The notes under the pieces: model-generated
Told to the model about the DNA's origin: nothing
Database searches by the model: none
What the model saw: the letters and a program-made list of their open reading frames with translations, nothing else
Made by a program: the position numbers and the translations under genes
In this document: one piece after another, positions 21,290 to 34,200 of the stretch
Layout: each line of letters starts with the position of its first letter
How positions within the stretch are numbered: the first letter of the stretch is position 1
Assembly (NCBI GenBank): GCA_030390025.1
Contig: CM059441.1
Coordinates: forward strand, 67,208,001 to 67,272,000
DNA: 64,000 nucleotides
DNA from: Squalus acanthias
Taxonomy: Eukaryota
Direction of reading: 5' to 3'

Positions 21290-23359
21290 CCATCATGAAG
21301 TTCAATATAATGATCATGGTAAAAGTAAACTGATAGTTTTACTTGCAAATCAACAAAACCGAAATCAGCAAAAGCACAGCGGTAAACTTAATTGTAAGAA
21401 TCACACTCTCTCAGCCTTTAGTTGGGGTTTGCTTAATTATAATATAACAGTTTCACAAAGTAACATTCAATGTCCAAGATTGCAGTATGGACTTATACTG
21501 GACACTCCTCAGCACAGACCAGAAATTGATCCTGAGACCTGATTAACCATTGGGAAGCTTTAAAATGTTTTTTTTTCACGCCCAAGTTACTTAAAAGATA
21601 AATTATTCAGGTTCAGACAGGATGTTTCTTTAAAACGTTTATTTTAAGGTCAGGTTAGCTCTGACCTGGTTCTTGCTGCTATTTCCAATGTTTCACAGAA
21701 TCATAGAATGGTTACAGCACAGAAGAAGGCCATTCGGCCCGTCGAGCCCGTTTCCTTCCTTGATATTTCTAATTAATATTAGACATTCAGAATATTTTTC
21801 TTATTGTGATGGTATTTCCTTCCTCCCCTTTTTTTTTTACCTGGTCTTCCCAGGCCTTGCAACGACCACCCGGAGGAGTGGGTAAGCAGCTCCCAGAGCT
21901 TGACATGTCTCACCCTGAGCTGGCTGCAATGGAGAAGCCGTAGAGTGACGGCCGCCACAACTTTCCATCTCCTCTGTGGAGAAGTAAACTGGGGCTGTCC
22001 TCAATGCCTCCCACAGAAATGCAACTGAAATTGGCGACTCAATCGTGTAGGCAGTGACGGGTGTGATGTGTTGGTGCTCCATTGCACTTCCGCATTGTGC
22101 TGCCCACAAAAGCTGCATTTCAACTCATAGATTGGCATGTGAGAAATATGAACAGAGCGCACAATATAATATTGGTCAAAGCAATACTTTCAAGCAAGGA
22201 AAGACTTCGGATTTGGGGCAGAAGGAGATAAGTTTTACAATTCCTAATAAAATACCATTTTGTTTTATAATTGTCCTTGTCCAATTTTCTTCTTCTAAAG
22301 GCACTGATTCTTGTTTTGGGGTACAGTTCCATGGGTTGCATAGATCATTGGCCACTCATTGTGCCTTTCCTAAGTGGCCATTCTTCATGCGTGAGCCCAA
22401 ACAATATTGGCAGCCTACTTGCCATGGGCAGCATCAAAGTCAAGCAAAAATGGTTTTTGTTTTATGTGGAGTTAACTTTGAGATTTATTATTTTAAATCT
22501 AAAAAGTTGTGTGGTATTGTTTAAGGTTATTTGTACTGTAAACATTATTGATTATTTGTAAAATTAATCATTGCATTTATATTAACTATAAGGCTGTTTT
22601 TAAGGCTTTATTTTTTACTGTGATGGATGAATGTAATGGATTTACTATGCAATGGATTTACTATGTAATTGATGAGTTGTATAAGTATTATTGTATTTGA
22701 AGAAAAAGATTTCAAAGTCAAGCAAGATTTCCTACATTACAACAGTGACTACACTTCAAAAAGTACTTTATTGGCTGTAAAGCGCTTTGGGACGTCCGGT
22801 GGTCGTGAAAAGCACGATATAAATTTAAGTCTTTCTTTCAGGTCCTATGCTCCCCAACATCCACACATATACTTTCCAGTAGTGAAGCTTAGCTGTGTTT
22901 TGCTCGCTCCCGAACCCAGGTCATTGCAACTCTACTACTGGCTGAGGTCAGCTCATACAGCAATGTACAGACATCAGACAGGAAACCTTCTGATCTGTAT
23001 GACTCAGGGACCAGTGCAAGTACTCATTGAGCCATAATAAAAGTTCCAAGTAATGCCAAAGATCACTAGTTTCCTGTGGACGTTCTCACAAAGGCCAGAA
23101 AAAACGTATTTCTTCAAGTGCAGGAAGATATCTCAAAGCAATTTATAGTCCAGAGACAAAACAGTGGCAGAGGGAAAACAGAGCGGATTAGGGTGGGGTG
23201 AGTCAAAGGCATGGTTAAAGAAAAGGGGTTTGAGTAAACCGAATCCGGGGCCACACAGGGTGGGAGCACAGCAAAGTCGCCAGGACAGAAAATGTAGCTT
23301 GCGCAGCGTAGCGAGGCGAAACTTTTGGTTATTTTGATGCAAACTGAATCTGCAAAAAG

Positions 23360-24145
23360 CATAAGAACATAAGAAATAAGAGCAGGAGTCGGCCATACGG
23401 CCCCTCGAGCCTGCTCCGCCATTCAATAAGATCATGACTGACCATCGACCTCAACTCCACTTTCCCGCCTGGTCTCCATATCCCGTGATTCCCCCAGAGT
23501 CCAAAAATCTATCGATCTCAGCCTTGAATATACTCAACGACTCAGCATGCACAGCCCTCTGGGGCAGAGAATTCCAAAGATTCACAACCCTCTGAGTGAA
23601 AAAATTCCTCCTCATCTTGGTCTTAAATGGCCGACCCCTTATCCTGAGACTATGCCCCCTAGTTCTAGAGACTCCAGCCAGGGGAAACAACCTCTCAGCA
23701 TCTACCCTGTCAATCCCCTTCAGAATCTTGTATGTTTCAATGAGATCACCTCTCATTCTTCTGAACTCCAGAGAGTATAGGCCCAATCTACTCAATCTCT
23801 CATCATAGGACAGCCCTCTCATCCCGGGAATCAATCAAGTGAACCTTCGCTGCACCGCCTCCAAGGCAAGTATATCCTTCCTTAGATAAGGAGACCAAAA
23901 CTGTGCACAGTACACCAGGTGTGGTCTCACCAAGGCCCTGTACAATTGTAGCAAGACTTCCTTACTCTTATACTCCAACCCCCTTGCAATAAAGGCCAAC
24001 ATGCCATTTGCCTTCCTTATTGCTTGCTGTACCTGCATGCTAGCTTTCTGTGTTTCTTGCACGAGGACACCCAAATCTCTCGGAACACCAATATTTGAAA
24101 GTTTCTCACCATTTAAAAATTATGCTGGTTTTCTATTCTTCCTAC
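23360..24145 (-). mobile_element. CR1 LINE 3' fragment
   Basis: ORF2 C-terminus ([32 protein letters not shown]), broken by one stop. Confidence 0.92.
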
Positions 24146-24757
24146 CAGTGCCAGAACTTTCTGCCTGAATAATGCGGCCGCTGTTTGCAGCATCTGCCAG
24201 CCGCAATCGCCGGCTCCACCCCCCTCCTCACAGCCCGACACTCACCCACACCATCCGAGGCCGCGGAACGCGCTCTGATCCGGCTCCCCGGGACATCCGC
24301 ACGGCCCGGCTCCAGCCGCCGCTCATTAATCCGGTTACCAGCGGCAACCCCCATTACCCAGGCATTTTGGCTCCGGGGCCTATTTCTCTTCAACCGAATT
24401 TCACAGGACTATCGGGGGATTCGGTGAGGGGGGGAGGGGGGGGTGCGGAGCATGCGTACTGTGGCCACAGAGCGCGATCTCTGCATAAATTAAAGTCCCA
24501 CAGTGAGTCCACCCCTTCTACTGGTTGTTCACTTCCTGGCCTGTCTGGTTCACTGCCCACCAATTGGAAGCCGCCCCGCCCACTTTATTGACCGACCACA
24601 GTTGCAGCTCGGGGTTGCGTGGCTCCTGATTTAAACCCGCGTGTATTCGGGGACGAGTTTCCTGAACCGGGGACTCTTCCGGGGACATTGTTTGCCTGGC
24701 GACACAGTCCCTCATCCGGGGAATGTCCCCGGAAATCAGGGACGTATGGTTAGCCTA
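24145..24757. mobile_element. CpG-rich truncated hAT-like DNA transposon remnant
   Basis: Right end reads TAGGCTAACCATACGTCCC on the minus strand, with repeated CGGGGAC subterminal motifs; no left TIR found. Confidence 0.5.
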
Positions 24758-24914
24758 GGTTTGAGGCAGTTTTTGAAAGCAGGAAGGGAAGTGATGAAGA
24801 AGATGGAACTCGGCAGAGATTTTCAGAGGCTAGGGGCATAATGGCTGACTGATGGTGCTGTGGGGAACAAAGAGAGGCTCAGTGTTAGAGAAGGGGAGGG
24901 TGCATGCAGCAAGA

Positions 24915-25535
24915 GTCATAGAGTCACACAGCACAGAAGGAGGCCATTCGACCCATCGAGTCCGTGCCGGCTCTCTGTAGAGCAATCCAGTCAGTCCCAT
25001 TCCCCCGCTCTATCCCCGTAGCCCTGCAAGTTTATTTCCCTCAAGTGCCTATCCAGTCTCCCCTTGAAAACATTGAGTGTCTCCGCTTCCACCACTTCCG
25101 TCAGCAGCGAGTTCCAGGTCCTCACCACTCGCTGCGTAAAATTTTTTTTCCTCACATCCCCCCTGTATCTCTTGCCCAAAACCTTAATTCTGTGTCCCCT
25201 AGTCCTTGTACCATCAACTAGTGGGAACAGCCTTTCCCCGTCTAGCCTATCCAAACCCGTCATAATCTTGTACACCTCTATCAAATCACCCCTCAACCTC
25301 CTTTGCTCTAATGAAAACAAATCCAGCTTCTCCAACCTGTCCTTGTAGCTAAGATCCCCCATCCCTGGAACCATTCTGGTAAATCTCCTCTGCACCCTCT
25401 CAAGGGCCTTCACATCCTTCCAAGTGTGGTGACCAGAACTGGACGCAATACTCCAGTTGTGGCCTAACCAACACTTTATAAAGGTTCAGCATAACTTCTC
25501 TACTTTTGTACTCAATACCTCTATTTATGAAGCCA
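24915..25535 (-). mobile_element. CR1 LINE 3' fragment (second subfamily) nested in an old L2
   Basis: KALERVQRRFTRM..RRLRGDLIEVYK..TRGH; (GACTCTAT)-type tail. Confidence 0.9.
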
Positions 25536-26119
25536 TAAAACTGGAGGAGATCACGAAGATGGGGAGGGGGAATTAAGCTATGGAGGGATTTGAAAGCAAG
25601 GATGAGAAATTTTTGTCAATTAACTGAGCCACAGTGTGTTTGGGGGCCATGACAACACAAGACTTTGGGCAGGTGAGGATGGGGGCTGTGGTATTTGGAG
25701 TTGTAATGTGGAGGATTGATGCGGGCAGGCTCACTCGGACAGTATTAGAAAGGTTCAGCTTTGAGGTAATGATGGTATGGCAGCAGTATGGTGGCGTCGG
25801 GTAGTATTGTGGAGGTGAAAGAAAGCAGTCAGCAATGGAATGGATATGGAGGGAGAAGCTGAATTTGAGTTCAAGATGAAGTTCGAAGTCTGAGGTGGCA
25901 GCCAGGGTGGTTTATGGAATCAGAACCTGTAGGCAATGGCAAGAGGTAGAAAGGACTGGCATTAAATTAAAATTCAATAATAGACACCCTGATTGGACAT
26001 GTGATCTCGACACTCATATTTGCTGGTTGTATGCATGTGTACTTTAACCTTTTTGTGACTTTGTTGCTAAAATAAAATAAAAAGTTTACGAATGTTTTTT
26101 GATTGTAGAGTGCTTTACG

Positions 26120-26450
26120 TTAACAACAACAACTCACATTGATATAGTGCCTTTAACGTGCTGAAACATCCCAAGGCACTTCACAGGAGCGTAATCAGAG
26201 AAAAATTGACACTGAGCCAAAGGAGACTATCAGGACAAGTGACCAAAAGCTTGGCCAAAGAGGTAGGTTTTAAGGAGCATCTTAAAGGAGGAGAGAGAGG
26301 CGGAGAGGTTTAGGGAGGGAATTCCAGAGGCTAGGGCCCAGTCAGCTGAAGGCACGGCCGCCAATGGTGGGGCAAAGGAATTCGGGGATGCCCAAGAGGC
26401 CAGAACTGGAGGAACGCAGAGTTTTTGGAGGGTTGTTGGGGGCTGGTGGC
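26120..26450 (-). mobile_element. L2 LINE 3' end
   Basis: aacaacaac tail plus L2 3' sequence. Confidence 0.75.
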
Positions 26451-26519
26451 TAGGAAGGGGAGATTTGAACTTACTTAGTGGTGGCACAAGTTTGTTAAGT
26501 AAATATACACGTGAAGTAA

Positions 26520-26971
26520 AAGAAAGACAGACTTACATTTATATAGCGCCTTTCACGACCTTAGGGCGTCCCAAAGCACTTTACAGCCAATGAAGTACTT
26601 TTTTTGAAGTGTGGTCACTGTTGTAATGTAGGAAACGCAGCAGCCAATTTGCGCACAGCAAGTTCCCACAAACAGCAATGTGATAATGACCCGATATTCT
26701 GTTTTAGTGATGTTGATTGAGAGATAAATATTGGCCAGGACACCGGGGATAACACTCCTCTACTTCTTCGAAATAGTGCCGTGGGATCTTTTACGTCCAC
26801 CTGAGAGGGCAGACGGGGCCTCGGTTTAACGTCTCATCTGAAAGACGGCAGCTCCAACAGTGCAGCACTCCCTCAGCACTGCACTGGAGTGTCAGCCTAG
26901 ATTTTTTGCACTCAAGTCCCTGGAGTGGGACTTGAACCCACAACCTTCTGACTCAGAGGCGAGGGTGCTAC
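26520..26971 (-). mobile_element. SacSINE1/DeuSINE-like SINE, near full length
   Basis: tRNA-like head with B box GGTTCAAGTCC, Deu-like core, L2-type tail. Confidence 0.8.
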
Positions 26972-27385
26972 CTTCTTCTTAGGCAGTCCCTCAGAACTGA
27001 GGATGACTTGCTTCCACATTAAAAATGAGTTCTCAGGTGACTGATGAGTCCAATGCGGGACCTACAGTCTCTGTCACAGGTGGGGCAGACGGTGGTTGAA
27101 GGGGTGGGTGGGTGGGGTGCTTGGGTTGACGTGCGTTCCTTGCGCTTGGTTTTCGCTTGCTCCCGGCGAAGAGACTCGAGGAGTTCGGCGCCTTCCCGGA
27201 TGCTTCTCCTCCACTTTGTGCGGTCTTGGGCCAGGGATTCCCAGATGTCGGTGGGGATGTTGCACTTTTTCAAGGAGGCTTTGAGGGTGTCCTTGAAGCG
27301 TTTCCTCTGCCCATCTGGGGCTCTCTTGCCGTGTTGGAGCTCCGAGTAGAGCGCTTGTTTTGGGAGTCTCGTATCGGGCATGCAG
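26972..27385 (-). mobile_element. RTE-clade LINE 3' fragment
   Basis: RLPKQALYSEL..GQRKRFKDTLKASL..CPTCDRDCRSRIGLISHLRTH; (AAG)n tail. Confidence 0.85.
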
Positions 27386-27819
27386 GACGATGTGACCCGT
27401 CCATTGGAGCTGATCGAGCTAACTGAGCCGAGGCTGACAAATATATTTACCTGCATCGTGTGTACGGCATTTTCGACTAAAATTAATGCATGTGGCTAAA
27501 ATGGTGTTACCGTAGCCACATCTGTGGCTAGTCAGAGCTTTCTATTGGACAACACTGGACTAGTGCAATTGGATCTTTCATGTCCACCACAGCCAATAAA
27601 CTAGATTGCAATCTAACTTCGCATCTGAAGCTTGGATCCAAGGAGTAATGGCTTTGTCACTGTCTACATTTATTTAAGATTCTTTTTAAGGTTTTAACTA
27701 AAAATGGCCAACAGCCTAGAGAGGAGTGTTTCAGAATCCCTAAAGTTGACAATACTGTGGGGGTGAAACTCCCACTGTCTGATACCTTTTGCCCTGACCA
27801 CGCCTTTCTATGCTAATAA

Positions 27820-28094
27820 ACCACAAGGGGGGGTGGGCTCGCGAGTCTCCGCCCCTCCAACGCGATTGGTAATTTAACAGGCACATTGGAAGACTGATAC
27901 ATTCTTGGCGCAGGTGATTGGTTGGATGACTTGCCAATTATAAGAACCTCCCGTCGCTTTATTAAAACAGTGCGTGTGCAACAACCGTGCAGAAAGTTTA
28001 GACCCAGGAAGTCGCGGCTGTTGGCAATAGGGGCTGTTAACCCATTCGGCTCTCCCTAAGATTGCCTCGACTGCTTCTTCTGCCAGCCGGTATC
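27820..28094 (+). promoter_or_regulatory. GNS-like promoter region
   Basis: CpG-enriched; GC box CTCCGCCC, three ATTGG plus one CCAAT boxes, ETS-like CAGGAAGT. Confidence 0.6.
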
Positions 28095-28208
28095 ATGAAG
28101 TTGGCTGCGTTTCTGCTCCTGGTCGTGTCCTGTTGGTTCGGGCAATGCACAAGGCGGAATATCGTGCTGATACTAACGGACGACCAGGACGTGGAGCTGG
28201 GAGGAATG
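28095..28208 (+). CDS. GNS: GNS-like exon 1
   Basis: [38 protein letters not shown]; donor GTAGGT. Confidence 0.92.
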
Positions 28209-31200
28209 GTAGGTCTCAACTGAACTGGCAGGTTGAACTTGTGCTTCTTTTAGCTTCGAGTATGGCTGTGCCTCGATCACTTGTTTTAGTCATATCCTTC
28301 TTCTGACCGCTCACTTCTAGTCCCGACAAACTGAGCTTCTGCATTGACAAAGTCACCGTGATTGGCAGAGAAGCTCTTACAAAATTAACCTTAAACTTTG
28401 CCCATAACGCCAAGTTTTTTTTCTTGTCGCGGGTTTTACAATACATAAGTTTGCTAACTTTTTATAAAATTAGCATTGATATCCTATGGGATTTTTCTCT
28501 TGCACGATACTGACTGCTATGCCCTGTACTTCCAGCATATTTTTATTTCCGATTACCAGCATTTGCAGTGGTTTTCATTAGCTTAATGTTACTCAGCACC
28601 AAGGCCATTAACATCACCAGGCCTGTGACTTGGGGGGGGGGGGGGGGGGAAATGTGGCTCAGTGGGTAGTACACTCGCCTCTGAGTCAGAAGGCTGTGGA
28701 TTGAGCACATAAATCTAGGCTGACCCTCCAGTGCAGGGCTGAGGGAGTGCTACACTGTCTGAAGTGCTGGTTTTTGGATGAGACGTTTAAACCCAGGCCC
28801 TGTCTGCTCTTAGGTGGACATAAAAGATCCCATGGCAATCTTTTGAAGAGCAGGGGAGTTATCCCTGGTGTCCTGGCCAATATTTATTCCTCAAACAACA
28901 TAACAAAAAACAGATTATCTGGTCATTATCACATTGCTGTTTGTGGGAGCTTGCTGTGTGCAAATTGGCTGCTGTTTCCTACATTACAACAGTGACTGCA
29001 CTCCAAAAAGCACTTAGTTGGCTGTAAAGTACTTTGAGATGTCTGGTGGTTGTGAAAGGCACAAAAGAAATGCAAGTCTTTCTTTCTTTAACTGATAACT
29101 AAATGGTGGATGAGGAATTTTCTCTTTTTGGGGTAGTTGTGGGATACTGAGGGAAAGATGAGCAAAGAAATAAAAACATTAAATGAAAAGTATACTTATG
29201 ATAAATTAAGTAGTGTTAAACTGTGGGTCACATTCACCCTGCTCGCCAAATACCACTATTCACCTATAAACTAAACTGACTTTTGGATGGTTACTGACCT
29301 TCGAGCTGTTGCCATTTGCTGATTTGCCAGTGCCTTTAATAGGTGAATCATACAATGTTTCTTTCTCATCTTCATGTGGTTAACACCATTACTGCCCTTG
29401 ATTGTCTGTGTGTGTGTATCTGATGCAAAATGAAGTTTAGTGCATGCAACATCTGAATTGCATGTAATTCAAATTTGACCACTTTTTTTTGAAGAAACTT
29501 CATGAGTTGTGCTGTGGTTGCCTAACCATCATCTAAATGAAGCAGTTTTACCAAGTCCTGAAATGATTGCTGATTTTAAACTAGGTTTTACAGGCTGTAG
29601 CATGAATAATGTAAGCTTTGCTTCCAGGGCTCTCAAACTCTGACCAAACACAAGTGCTGGAAACAAAGTGAATGCCTGCCAGAAATAAATGTGTGGTGCA
29701 CTCCTAAGGACAAGTTTGAGTCTTTGGTCCCAAGAGGTAGTTACTGAGCTTGGAATGAGATTATCAATATTTCCTATTCAATCCTGGGATCTGTTGGCCC
29801 ATATCTGTAATATTGAGCAATAAAACTGGGAATTGTGTAACTTGTCAATTGAAGTAAGTGATCAATTTTCTGCTATTTATTGTGTGATTAAATATAAAGA
29901 GCATTGACCTCTGATCAGAGTGTCTGAAGCATTTACTTTCTCATGATATGAAGTGGCCTTGTGACTTGCTGTGTCTTTAAGGCTAGTCACGATATGAGTC
30001 AGTGGTAGTGCCACTTCAAGTTTATTCATTTCCTATTTTGTAGCTTCATAAGGTTTTCTTTTGAATATTTGCCACTGGAAATTAACTTTTTTAGGGAGAG
30101 AATTTGCTGCTGGAGTGGGTTCAGTATTGACCTTCCACCTTTTAGATTGCTTGTGATGGTCATGCGTGCCAGCTTGACTTAGTTGCTAGTACGTTGGAGT
30201 CAGAAGGTTATGGATTCAAACACCACTGAACACAACCAGTGCAGTACTGAATGGATGCTGCATTGTCAGATGAGATGTTAAAACAAAGCACTCAAGGTGG
30301 ACATAAGATCCTTTGGTGTCTATCAAGGAGTTCTTCCAATATCCTGGTCAACTTTTAATACTCCAAAAAACACCACCAAAAGCTGATAATTTATCTCATT
30401 TGCTATTTATGGTATTGGCTGCAGTGTTTAGCCCACGTTACAATATCCCGAGGATGTGACGAGGGGCTAAAGAAATAAGTTATTTAGGATTGGACAGTCT
30501 CCATGCAAAACTGTTCCTAACAGATATGTCAACGTGCCATATTTAATGTGGCGAATCTGAGGTTAGGGACCAAATTGTCAACCTTCCTCCCAAAAAGTCA
30601 CAGGATGGCTGATGTGACAAATGGAAAAGTTGTTGCTTCTGAGATTGAAGTTGAGGTACATTTGGGATGAAGTAGAAGAAGCTTTACTTTGCAAGTAACT
30701 GTGCTGTACTTCACATGGGTGTGCTTGATGCTGAGGCTGAAATGGAGTGTTCCATTCTCACCACTAATGTCCCTACCTTTTTTGAGCACAAATTTCACAA
30801 TGAAATCTTACACCCCACCCCACCACTTCACTACCCTCCATCTCTGCTCTACATTTCTTCTTCAGAAGGACCTGAAGTTGAGTTGTGCCTATCCACACAG
30901 CCACATCCTGTCACTCTGGTACAGTGCACTGGAGCTCTAACCATGTGCTTCCAATCCTGGAGCGAGGCTTGAACCCATAACCTTCCTAGTCAACAATGAG
31001 TGATCCCAACTGAGCCAAGCTGATGACCATGTGTAGCTAATTACACAATGAGATTGTTAATTTAAAAAAAAAATGATTTGCGAACCCTAGTTGGGGACTA
31101 CTGGATAAAGCCTTTGTTTGCAAGAGAAAAATCCTTTAGCTGATATAGCTCATCTTATCCTAGTGTTAAGTTACTTTGTAACCTATCCTCTCCATGCAGT

Positions 31201-34200
31201 TGCTCAGCTACAATGCAATCCATGTTTGCTCTTAATTGCATTCCTGAGTGTTCCTGTTAGTGCTTTGATTGTTTGTGCTTTGGCTCAGCATGTTTTATTG
31301 AAGTTGCCTTTGCAATTCAGGCTTTTAGGAGGAATAGGTGTATGTGGAACTTAAAACACCTGTCAACAATCGATTCGAATACAATGAAGCATTCTCCAAA
31401 CTGGTCAACCTCTCTGCTTGATACTTTGTATTTGTACAGGGTATTGAATGGTTGAGGGGGATGCTATGTGTTGTGATCCCTTCTTAGTTTAGCTTTTTTT
31501 AATACAAACTGCAGCCTCCTGTAAACATAATGGCTGGATTTTACAGTTAAAAGTAAGTGAGGCTACCAGCGCTCACTGTTAAAGAGTAAATCGGACAGCA
31601 ACTTCCAGTGACCGCACATGCAGTTAAACGTGGAAATCAGGAACTTGCTGTGCTCCTCCTCCAGAAGCTGCACTATACCGGTATCTCGCTGAGACTCGCC
31701 ACTAAAACAGATGGAATGGCGGGAAGATGCGGTACTTACTCACTAGATACCCACTAAGTGTGGAGTCTCCTGCCTTCAGATTTTAATTGTGGTTGGAGAT
31801 TTTTAAAAATGTAAATTTTTTTTAAACTTCTGTTTCTTTTCTCTAAGTTCCAGTGCAAAAACCCCATAGAAAGTCTGTGGGCAAATGGAAGTGTAATGTT
31901 CACCACTGACTGCAACAGCTGTGCCATTATTTCAAAACTCCCCTCTTTCCTCTTTTTTTCCCCCCGCCCCCAACCCAAAATGTCTCCCTTTATGCCTGCT
32001 GTATATCTGATAGCAAGACGAGAACAGAACTAGACAAAAGCAAAATACTGCAGATGCTGGAAATCTGAAATAAAAACACAAAATGCTGGAAATACTCAGG
32101 TCAGCATCTGTAGAGAGAGAAACCGAGTTAACGTTTCAGGTCGATAACCCTTTGTCAGAACTAGACAATTGAGACTTCTGCCATTCAGTTAGATCATGGC
32201 TGATCTCTACTCCATAAATTCTGAAGTACCATAGCTGTCAATTATTGTACTCCATGACCATTAAGTTAATTTACAATTGTCACTTTTTGTCTTCACAAAA
32301 TCCTCTCCTAACCAAGAAATCTTTTTTTTGGGCGGGGGGGGGGGGTTATAAGTGACTTGCACATTGCAGTTATATAATGGCCATAAATCTGTGTCCTCTG
32401 GTTACTGACCCCCTTGCCAGTGGAACCAGTTTCTTAGTTACTCTATCAAAACTCTTCAAAATTTTGAACACCTTTCAAATCTCCTCTTAACCTTCTCTGC
32501 TCTTAAGGCGAACATCCCAGCTTCTCTAGTCTCTCCACGTAGCTGAAGTCTCTCTCATCTCTGGTACAATTCTAGTAAATCTCCTATGCCTTGAAATCCT
32601 TCCTGGAAGTGTGGTGCCCAGAATTGGACACCATACTCCAGCTGAGACCTAACCAGTGATTTATAAGTGACTCAAAGTGGCAACGCAATTGTGATCAGGA
32701 ATGTAAAAGTTAAGTGAGTAAATAATTTGCACGAATCCTGAATTAAAATTTGGCCGACCTCAGAGGTGGGGTCATGACAGCCCTCCCTCACTGGCTCTGC
32801 TACTGAAAGATAAAGATGTGGTGTTTCCAACAGACTGTCATTCAGAATAAAATTGAGAGGTCGCACAACACCAGGTTATAGTCCAACAGTTTTATTTGAA
32901 ATCACAAGCTTTCGGAGCTGTCGATCGCCCCTTCCTTCACCTGAGGAAGGGGCGATCGACAGCTCCGAAAGCTTGTGATTTCAAATAAAACTGTTGGACT
33001 ATAACCTGGTGTTGTGCGACCTCTCAATTTTGTCCACCCCAGTCCAACACCGGCATCTCCGCATCATTCAGAATAAACCAGAGAGCCATTTGGGTCCTTG
33101 TGGGTCTTGGTGTAAAACCACAAGACTGCTATGCAGTGATGCTAGCTGCATACAACTGATGCGCTCTCAAGTGAGGCAGAAGAACTATCTCTTGTTTTTG
33201 TTGAGTTCAGAAATGTTATGTTTCAAGATCCACACGATCACTGATACTGTGCTGATTTCCAAGGGTTGCTGTGTCTTTAATCCGAGGAAGTTGCAGTCCA
33301 GTGTTTTCTGCTGTTTCATCACAGGCAAAAGAACTTGCAAACCCAGATATTTGATGCTGAACTTTCAAGGTTATTCACATTACAAAAAGTATTGTGTTCA
33401 GATTTTATATGTTGCTTTTTAATTTGTCCTTGTACATTAAATATCATCTGTCTGAAAATTACATTGGAGGTTATAAGGATGGGTATAGACTGATCAACAA
33501 AGACTTCAGTACGCACTGGACATGTTTGCTGTGTGGTGGGAGGGGCCTGTGGAAAGCAGGCCAATGTTAAATAGGGCAGATGGGTGAAAATTAGGCAGTT
33601 TTTGATTAGTTTTGTAAATCAGATTCTTTCTGCAGATTAAATGGTCGAGGTGGCGTTCCTGATGAGTTTCTATGTGGTCTGTAAGGAGCAGGTTTGATGG
33701 GCTGAATGGCCTTTCTTCTGCACTGACACACCAGTGGTGCAGCAGTAGTAATCTGGCTGAAAGCTAGTCCTGGATACTTGCCGTTATCTCCACTATCTGC
33801 AATACCACATTATTCTATTCCTGCTGCTTCTTGAAACTATTGGAGTAAATCCTGACTTCTGTAATGTTCTGTACTTGTATAATGTCACTCACTGTGTGGT
33901 ATGCTGCTGTTTCAGACTCCCATGAAGAAGACTCTGTCCTTAATTGGAGATGCCGGGGTTACCTTCACTAATGCAGTAAGTAAACTCGTTGTTACTGTGC
34001 ATCTCATTACTTGTTGGTTCACACCATGCAGTGGGCTGGTAGCTTGTGTGTCGTCCACTGCTTGATTCAAGGTCCAGGATCTCGGGGATAACTTTTGCTC
34101 AGCTCTGCTACGGTGAGGCTTGTGTGCCGCTTCTGCATCAGTGGCCTGTCAACTGCTGTAAGCCCAAGTAAGCAGTTGGGCGTTGGAGAGGAAAATCCGT

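Noticed and set aside
24142-24715. GC-rich ORFs as a gene or CpG-island promoter
   Set aside because: They lie in a transposon-like remnant ending in a hAT-type terminus; the ORFs reflect high GC content.
26900-26971. tRNA gene suggested by A/B boxes
   Set aside because: It is the head of a multicopy SINE, and no cloverleaf can be completed.
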